Positions 57,925 to 64,000 of a stretch of 64,000 nucleotides of DNA are shown piece by piece. Numbering within the stretch: the stretch's first letter is position 1; every line of letters starts with the position of its first letter. The translations under genes were made by a program, and so were the position numbers. A model generated the notes under the pieces. The model was not told the origin of the DNA. It worked only from the letters and a program-made list of their open reading frames with translations, and made no database searches. The stretch covers positions 42,931 through 106,930 of the forward strand of contig CAVTZS010000010.1 in NCBI GenBank assembly GCA_963739295.1, written 5' to 3'. The DNA comes from an uncultured delta proteobacterium. GTDB taxonomy: Bacteria > Desulfobacterota > Desulfobaccia > Desulfobaccales > 0-14-0-80-60-11.

Positions 57925-59841
57925 ATGGGAGCCGCGGAAAAAATCACCTTATCCGTAATTAAGGCTGATGTGGGTGGCTGGGTGGGACACAGCCACAGCC
58001 ATCCGGACATGTTGGCCCTGGCCCGAGGTATCGTCAAAGGGGCGGTGGAACGCGGCCTCCTGATAGACGGCCAGGTCTTGCACGTGGGCGATGACGTGGA
58101 ACTCATCATGACTCATCACCGGGGCGAAGAGGACTCGGAGATCCACCAGTTTGCCTGGAACACCTTTTTAGAGCTTACGGATCTGGCCAAGAAAATGAAG
58201 CTTTATGGAGCCGGACAGGACCTGCTGGCGGACTCCTTCTCCGGCAACGTCAAGGGCATGGGGCCGGGAGTGGCGGAACTGGTCTTTGTGGAGCGCCCCA
58301 GCGAGCCCGTAATTATCTTCATGGCCGACAAAACCTCTCCCGGGGCCTGGAATCTGCCTCTGTTTCGCATTTTCGGGGATCCCTTCAACACCACCGGGCT
58401 GGTAATCGACCCCTCCATGCACCGGGGCTTCCGGTTCCGGGTGCTGGATGTCATCGAGAGCAAAGAGTGGATCCTCTCCTGCCCGGAGGACATGTATGAT
58501 CTCCTGGTATTGATCGGGGCCTCGGGGAGATATGTCATCGAGAACATTTATCGCAAACGGGACAACGAGGTGGCGGCCGTGGCCTCCTCCCAGAAGCTGG
58601 GCCTCATTGCCGGGCGTTATGTGGGCAAGGACGATCCCGTGATGATCGTGCGGTGCCAGTCCGGGTTTCCCGCGGTGGGCGAGGCGCTGGAGCCCTTTGC
58701 CTTCCCCCACCTGGTGGAGGGCTGGATGCGGGGGTCGCATCACGGGCCCTTGATGCCGGTGGCCTTCAAGGACGCCAATCCCACCCGCTTTGACGGCCCG
58801 CCCCGGGTCATCGCCGCGGGCTACCAGCTGTGCCATGGAAAATTCATCGGGCCGGTGGATATGTTTGCGGACGTGGCCTTTGACGAGGCCCGGAAAGAGG
58901 CCAACCGCGTGGCCAATTACATCAGGCGCCACGGCCCCTTTGAGCCTCACCGCCTGGGCCTGCACGATATGGAATACACCACCCTGCCCCAGGTGATGGC
59001 CTTTATCTTTGAAAAATCAGCCATCCCCCGGCGGAGCGACCTGGAGGACCAGCTACAGAGTCTCTATCCCCACCTCAAAGAGGTGCGGGTGGTGGACCCT
59101 GGCCTTAAGGACTTTGACGCCATCCAGAAGACCATCGCCCGGGAGGCGGCCCATTATCTGGAGGAAATTGCCTGGGACGGCGCGAGCATCGGCCTCTCCT
59201 GCGGCAAGACCCTGTATTACCTCATCACTTATCTGGAGCCGGAGCGCATCGTGGCTCCGAAGCTCTATCCTTTGTCCCTGACCCGCATCTTCACCATGCC
59301 GGGGCTGACCTCCAACGCCCTGGTAGGGATGATGAGCACCAAATATCCTGACGCGGTGGCCTTCAACCTGCCCTCCTTCCCCGTGACTTCCCAGGAAGAG
59401 TATGAAAAGCAGATTGCCGCCAACCCGGAGTTGATGAAAATCTACCGGGATATTTGGGATGTGGACATCATGCTGCTGGCCATCGGTTACGTGGCCGAAG
59501 AGAAACCGGGCTTCATGGCCCTGGCCTCCCAGGAACTGGGATTGACCGCGGAGCACCTGACGGCGAAAGGGGTGGTGGCGGAGATCAACCATACCCCCAT
59601 CAACGCCAAGGGCGAGGCCATGGTGGACGACAAAGACCCGGAACTGGCTGCCCTGACCAGGCGGGTCATCGGGGTGGGGGCCCCGGAGCTAAAGGACCGG
59701 GCCGCCCGGGAAGAGCGTTATTTGATCGCGGTGGCCGGGGGCCTGGAGAAAATCGAGGCCATCCATGCCTGCCTTAAAGGCCGCTACTTTAACGTGCTGA
59801 TTACCGACGCCTATGTGGCCGAGGCCCTGGTGCAGGGATAA
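57925..59841 (+). CDS. fbp: Fructose-1,6-bisphosphate aldolase/phosphatase (class V FBPase) fused to a SorC/CggR-type sugar-binding domain
   Basis: KADVGG, LYGAGQDLL, YVGKDDP, GWMRGSH, RFDGPP, HGPFEPHRL; C-terminal IGLSCGKTL ... VAGGLEKIEAI...VLITD. Confidence 0.88.
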   Translation: MGAAEKITLSVIKADVGGWVGHSHSHPDMLALARGIVKGAVERGLLIDGQVLHVGDDVELIMTHHRGEEDSEIHQFAWNTFLELTDLAKKMKLYGAGQDLLADSFSGNVKGMGPGVAELVFVERPSEPVIIFMADKTSPGAWNLPLFRIFGDPFNTTGLVIDPSMHRGFRFRVLDVIESKEWILSCPEDMYDLLVLIGASGRYVIENIYRKRDNEVAAVASSQKLGLIAGRYVGKDDPVMIVRCQSGFPAVGEALEPFAFPHLVEGWMRGSHHGPLMPVAFKDANPTRFDGPPRVIAAGYQLCHGKFIGPVDMFADVAFDEARKEANRVANYIRRHGPFEPHRLGLHDMEYTTLPQVMAFIFEKSAIPRRSDLEDQLQSLYPHLKEVRVVDPGLKDFDAIQKTIAREAAHYLEEIAWDGASIGLSCGKTLYYLITYLEPERIVAPKLYPLSLTRIFTMPGLTSNALVGMMSTKYPDAVAFNLPSFPVTSQEEYEKQIAANPELMKIYRDIWDVDIMLLAIGYVAEEKPGFMALASQELGLTAEHLTAKGVVAEINHTPINAKGEAMVDDKDPELAALTRRVIGVGAPELKDRAAREERYLIAVAGGLEKIEAIHACLKGRYFNVLITDAYVAEALVQG

Positions 59842-60008
59842 GCGCGGGGAGGCAGGACCCCCGCCCGGCTTTAGAATAGAGGTGGAAAGAGAATTATCGA
59901 AAGTTTTCAACCGAAAGCCCTTTACCTGCAATGGTTCAATCTGCAAGGAAAGGGGCAATTTGCCATGGAGGTTAACCGGGTCTGGGAGCCTGCCTCCCCG
60001 CCGGTCTG

Positions 60009-61004
60009 ATGGTAACGTTTCGTAAAATCCTCCAGTTGGCCGCGATTCTTTCGGCCCTGCTGGTTTTAGGCAGCCTGGGCTTTGTCTGGCTGGAAGGCTG
60101 GAGCTTTTTTGACGCCCTGTACATGACGGTGACCACCCTGGCCACGGTGGGCTACAGAGAGGTACACCCTCTGTCAACCATCGGGCAGGCCTATAACATG
60201 ATCCTGATCATCACCGGCATGGGGATCATGCTCTATATCGTGAGCACGGTGGCCCGGGTGGTGGTGGAATGGGAGATCCGGGAGGCGTTGGGGAGGCGAA
60301 AATTGGCCAAAGGCATCCAAAAGCTCCATGATCACTATATCATTTGCGGTTTTGGCCGTATCGGGGAGATTATCAGCCGGCAACTGAAACAGAGGGGCTT
60401 TCCCCTGATAGTGGTAGATAAAGACCCGGACCTGCCCGCCCGGCTGGAGGAGTTGGGCTATTATTACGCGGTGGGTGACGCCACCAAAGAAGAGGTTCTG
60501 CTGGAGGCCGGCATTGAGCGGGCCAAGGGGTTGGTGGCGGTGGTTTCCAAGGATGCCGATAATGTCTATATTATCTTGACGGCCCGCAGTCTCAATCCCG
60601 AGCTATTCATCATGGCCCGGGCCGAGGAGTTGGGTGCCGAGCAGAAGCTATTCCGGGCTGGGGCTGACCGGGTGGTCTCTCCTTACGAAATCGGGGGCCG
60701 GGCCATGGCCCATAACATCGTGCATCCCACGGTGGTAGACTTCCTGGAACTGGCCCTGCGGGAAGAGGTGGAGCTTAGCATGGAGGAGGTGGCCGTGGGG
60801 ACCTCTTCCTCCTTGTTAGGCCTGCCCCTGAAAGACACGGGCATCCGCCAGCGCTTTGATCTGATCGTGGTGGCCATCAAACGGGCTGATGGCGAGATGC
60901 TCTTCAACCCTCAGCCCGAAACCCCGATTCTGGCGGGGGATACCCTCATCGCCGTGGGAAACCGGAAAAATCTGGATGCCTTAGAAGAGATGGTGCGTCA
61001 ATAA
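60009..61004 (+). CDS. Potassium channel protein with TrkA-N/TrkA-C (RCK) domains
   Basis: 2 TM with pore TVGY.E, ICGFGRIG, GDAT, GAD.VVSP. Confidence 0.92.
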   Translation: MVTFRKILQLAAILSALLVLGSLGFVWLEGWSFFDALYMTVTTLATVGYREVHPLSTIGQAYNMILIITGMGIMLYIVSTVARVVVEWEIREALGRRKLAKGIQKLHDHYIICGFGRIGEIISRQLKQRGFPLIVVDKDPDLPARLEELGYYYAVGDATKEEVLLEAGIERAKGLVAVVSKDADNVYIILTARSLNPELFIMARAEELGAEQKLFRAGADRVVSPYEIGGRAMAHNIVHPTVVDFLELALREEVELSMEEVAVGTSSSLLGLPLKDTGIRQRFDLIVVAIKRADGEMLFNPQPETPILAGDTLIAVGNRKNLDALEEMVRQ

Positions 61005-61050
61005 CTGAGGCTCGGGACGGCCCAGGCCCCAAGCCCCAAAGGAGAGCGAT

Positions 61051-61767
61051 ATGGCTCAAGCAACCATTGGCCGTGGCGTCAGCATCACCTTTTATGGCCA
61101 TGCGGCCTTCAAATTGACGGGCGCCGGAGTGACGGTGCTCATTGACCCCTGGCTCAGCAATCCCCTGCTCACCACCTCCGTGGAAAAGGTAGGGAAGGTG
61201 GATGTCATCCTGCTAACCCATGGGCACGGCGATCACGTGGGGGACACGGTGGCGGTGGCTAAAAAAACCGGGGCGCCGGTGGTGGCCATCCACGAATTGT
61301 CCGTAATCATGGCCCAGAAAGGCGTGCCCCAGGCGATCGGCATGAACAAAGGGGGCACCCTGGCCCTGGCCGGCCTCAAGATCACCATGACCCAGGCGGT
61401 GCACTCCTCCAGCGTGGAAGAGGAGGGGCAACTCATACCCGCGGGGGACCCGGGGGGATACGTGGTGGAGTTCCCCAACGGCTTCGTCGCTTACCATACG
61501 GGCGACACCGCGGTCTTTAAAGACATGGAACTCATCCGGGAGCTTTATCAGCCCGAACTGGTGATGCTCCCCATCGGCAGCCACTACGTCATGAACCCGA
61601 GGGAGGCGGCCCTGGCCTGCCGCCTGCTTAGGCCCAAATGGGTGATCCCCATGCATTACGAAACCTTCCCGGTGCTCACCGGCACTCCGGCGGAGTTGAT
61701 CAGCCTGCTCGGGGGGGAGCCCGACATCAAGGTTATTCCCCTGAAGCCGGGGGAGACGGTGGAGTAA
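61051..61767 (+). CDS. UPF0173 metal-dependent hydrolase (MBL fold)
   Basis: GHAAF, IDPW, THGHGDH, MNKGG, AVHSS, GDT, PMHY.TFP. Confidence 0.92.
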   Translation: MAQATIGRGVSITFYGHAAFKLTGAGVTVLIDPWLSNPLLTTSVEKVGKVDVILLTHGHGDHVGDTVAVAKKTGAPVVAIHELSVIMAQKGVPQAIGMNKGGTLALAGLKITMTQAVHSSSVEEEGQLIPAGDPGGYVVEFPNGFVAYHTGDTAVFKDMELIRELYQPELVMLPIGSHYVMNPREAALACRLLRPKWVIPMHYETFPVLTGTPAELISLLGGEPDIKVIPLKPGETVE

Positions 61768-61768
61768 T

Positions 61769-61889
61769 CAGTAGTCAGTTGTCAGTAGCCAGTAATTAAA
61801 TGCGGTCGTTGCAATTACGCTAGAAGCGTAGACTGCCAAACCTGATACCTGATACCTGATACCTGGAACCTGATAACTGACTACTGACA
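61769..61889. repeat. Heptamer tandem repeats in inverted arrangement
   Basis: TCAGTAG/TCAGTTG units facing CTGATAC/CTGATAA/CTGACTA units. Confidence 0.7.
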
Positions 61890-61902
61890 CCAGGAGCAAA
61901 TC

Positions 61903-63609
61903 ATGCGGCGGCAGAAGCGGTGGCAGGCTTATCCGGAGCAGCCGGACTTGGTCCGGGAAGTGAGCGCCCGTCACGGCCTGCCGCCCCTGGTGGCCCGGAT
62001 TCTGTTAAACCGGGGCTTGAGCACCCCGGATGAGATCCTGGCTTTTCTCGACCCCGCCCTGGAGCGCCTCTATCCCCCCTTCGGGCTGGCCGACATGGAG
62101 CCGGCCGCAGTGCGCCTGGGGCAGGCGGTGCGGCAGGGGGAGCCGGTGGCCATTTACGGCGATTATGATGCCGACGGACTCACCGCCACCTGCCTGCTGC
62201 ACCAATTCTTTCGAGAACTGGGCCTTTCTTGCTCTGCCTATATTCCTGACCGCCTCCGGGAAGGATATGGCCTCAAGGTCGCGGCCCTGAAGGAGCTGGC
62301 GGTCCAGGCCCGCCTGCTGGTGACCGTGGACTGCGGCATCAGCGATGCCCTGGAGGTGGCCTGGGCCCGGGACCAGGGGCTGGAGGTGATCATCACCGAC
62401 CACCACGAGGTTCCGGCGGAGCTGCCTCCGGCCCTGGCCGTGGTCAACCCCAAGCGCGGCGGCGAGAGCTATCCTTTCAGGGAGCTGGCCGGGGTGGGGG
62501 TGGCTTTACTATTGGCCCTGGGGGTGCGGGCGGAACTCAGGGCCCAGGGCTGGTTCGCAGCCCGGCCGGAGCCCAACCTCAGGGCTTACCTGGACCTGGT
62601 GGCCCTGGGCACCGCGGCTGATGTAGTACCGTTGGTGGGAGAGAACCGCATCCTGGTGAAAAACGGCCTCAAGGTCCTGGAGGAGAGCCGCCGGCCGGGG
62701 CTGATCGCCTTGAAGGAAGTGACGGGGTTAGAAGGGAAGCCCCTTTCTTTTAGGGACCTGGTTTTCCGTCTGGCGCCCCGTCTCAATGCCGCGGGGCGCC
62801 TGGGCCAGGCCCGGGGGGCCTTGGAGTTGCTCTTAAACGACGACCTGGCCCAGGCCCGCATCCAGGCCAGTTATCTGAACAATCTCAATCGGCAGCGTCA
62901 GGCCCTGGAAGAGGAAGTGCTGAGCCAGGCCGAGGCCTTGATCCGGCAGCAAGGTCTTACCAAGCGGCCGGTACTGGTCCTGGCCCGGGAGGGCTGGCAC
63001 CCCGGAGTGCTGGGTATTGTGGCGGCCCGGCTGGCGGAAGGGTACCACCGGCCAGTGGCCCTGGTGAGCCTGGCGGATGGCCTGGGCAGGGGTTCCGCCC
63101 GGTCCATCGAGGGCTTCCATCTCTTCCGCGGCCTCACTGCCTGCCGGGCTCTCCTCGGGAGATTCGGGGGGCATCAGGCGGCCGCGGGCTTCGAGGTAAC
63201 GGCCGCCAACCTGGCTCCCCTGCAGGAAGCCCTGGAGCGAGCCTTCCAGGAACAGATGGGACCCGAGCCTCCTGGGCCTATCTTGCGAGTGGACGCCCAG
63301 GTGGATATGACCGACTTAAACGAAGATTTTTTCCAGCACCTGGAGCGCCTGCGTCCTTTTGGCCCCGGCAACCCGGAACCGGTCTTTGTGTGCACCGGGG
63401 TTGAGTGCCTCACCTCCCGGGTGGTGGGAGAAAGACATCTGAAGGTCCAACTGGCCCAGGCGAATTTGATCCGGGAAGCCATCGCCTTTGATAAGGCCGC
63501 CTGCCACCCCCTCTCCGGCCCCCTGGAAGTGGCCTTCAGCACTCGCCTGGCCCACTTCCAGGGCCGCACCGCTCCAGAACTCCGACTGCTGGACTGGAAC
63601 CGGCCTTAG
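61903..63609 (+). CDS. recJ: Single-stranded-DNA-specific exonuclease RecJ
   Basis: GDYDADG, TVDCG, TDHH, GT.ADVVPL, PRLNAAGR, GSARS, GGH..AAG, PFG.GNP.P. Confidence 0.97.
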   Translation: MRRQKRWQAYPEQPDLVREVSARHGLPPLVARILLNRGLSTPDEILAFLDPALERLYPPFGLADMEPAAVRLGQAVRQGEPVAIYGDYDADGLTATCLLHQFFRELGLSCSAYIPDRLREGYGLKVAALKELAVQARLLVTVDCGISDALEVAWARDQGLEVIITDHHEVPAELPPALAVVNPKRGGESYPFRELAGVGVALLLALGVRAELRAQGWFAARPEPNLRAYLDLVALGTAADVVPLVGENRILVKNGLKVLEESRRPGLIALKEVTGLEGKPLSFRDLVFRLAPRLNAAGRLGQARGALELLLNDDLAQARIQASYLNNLNRQRQALEEEVLSQAEALIRQQGLTKRPVLVLAREGWHPGVLGIVAARLAEGYHRPVALVSLADGLGRGSARSIEGFHLFRGLTACRALLGRFGGHQAAAGFEVTAANLAPLQEALERAFQEQMGPEPPGPILRVDAQVDMTDLNEDFFQHLERLRPFGPGNPEPVFVCTGVECLTSRVVGERHLKVQLAQANLIREAIAFDKAACHPLSGPLEVAFSTRLAHFQGRTAPELRLLDWNRP

Positions 63610-63627
63610 AGGATCAGGGGGATGTTT

Positions 63628-63815
63628 TTGGGGAAGGGGGCTAAGGGCCACTGGCCCTTACCCCCTCCCCCAAACCCCCACCCCCAATCCCTTAAGTTTT
63701 CCATTTAGCAAGGGAAGGCGGGGCTTTTAGCCCCGCCTTCCCTTGCTACTTAAGCGGGTTGGGAGGGGGGTGCGGGGGGAGGGCAGGGAGCTCAGCTCCC
63801 TGGCCCTCCCCCCGC
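63628..63815. repeat. Composite G/C-rich palindromic intergenic repeat
   Basis: Flanking modules around TAGCAAGGGAAGGCGGGGCT/AGCCCCGCCTTCCCTTGCTA. Confidence 0.85.
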
Positions 63816-63822
63816 ATCTCAT

Positions 63823-63999
63823 TTATCCCCCCACCTCCTGCAACAGGCGCCGGGCCTCCTTCTGGTCTTCTGCCAGGCCGCGGGGATGGATGGCATGCCG
63901 GGTGGAGGTAAGGACGCGTTCCAATTCCCCCCGGGCCTGGTCTGGTTGCCCCCGGCGGATGAGGGTTTCGGCCAGAAAGAGGTGATTGGTGCTGACCTC
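63823..63999 (-). CDS. 3' end of a TPR-like protein (truncated by window edge)
   Basis: Own translation: EVSTNHLFLAETLIRRGQPDQARGELERVL...EARRLLQEVGG*. Confidence 0.6.
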   Translation of the reverse strand, partial: EVSTNHLFLAETLIRRGQPDQARGELERVLTSTRHAIHPRGLAEDQKEARRLLQEVGG

Positions 64000-64000
64000 A

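Overview
GC-rich (~60% by eye) bacterial chromosomal segment. Gene content (AhbC, signal-peptide-bearing CbiK, class V FBP aldolase/phosphatase, rpsF-rpsR-DUF2232-rplI-dnaB) suggests an anaerobic deltaproteobacterium/Desulfobacterota (inference). It is mostly housekeeping: ribBA-ribH-nusB, ribosomal proteins, murA, thiME, coaBC, uvrB/uvrC, rpsB-tsf-pyrH-frr-uppS, dnaJ, cysS, sod, hflX, hisB and recJ. Most intergenic gaps hold a modular G/C-rich palindromic repeat (REP/BIME-like), and two copies sit inside MITE-like ends with 5-bp target duplications. The most unusual feature is an AT-rich islet (35.1-36.8 kb) with two paralogous membrane-anchored genes. Each is overlapped almost end to end by a long antisense ORF that starts at the same conserved AAGGGGG-N5-ATG motif. 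Other notable items: an FBP aldolase/phosphatase fused to a CggR/SorC-type sugar-phosphate-binding domain, a probable ATT start for hflX, two promoter-leader-terminator attenuator candidates, an apparent excess of the palindrome CTTAAG, and three frameshifts (dnaB, cysS, cbiK) that are probably sequencing errors. No rRNA, tRNA, CRISPR array or intact transposase/integrase was recognised.
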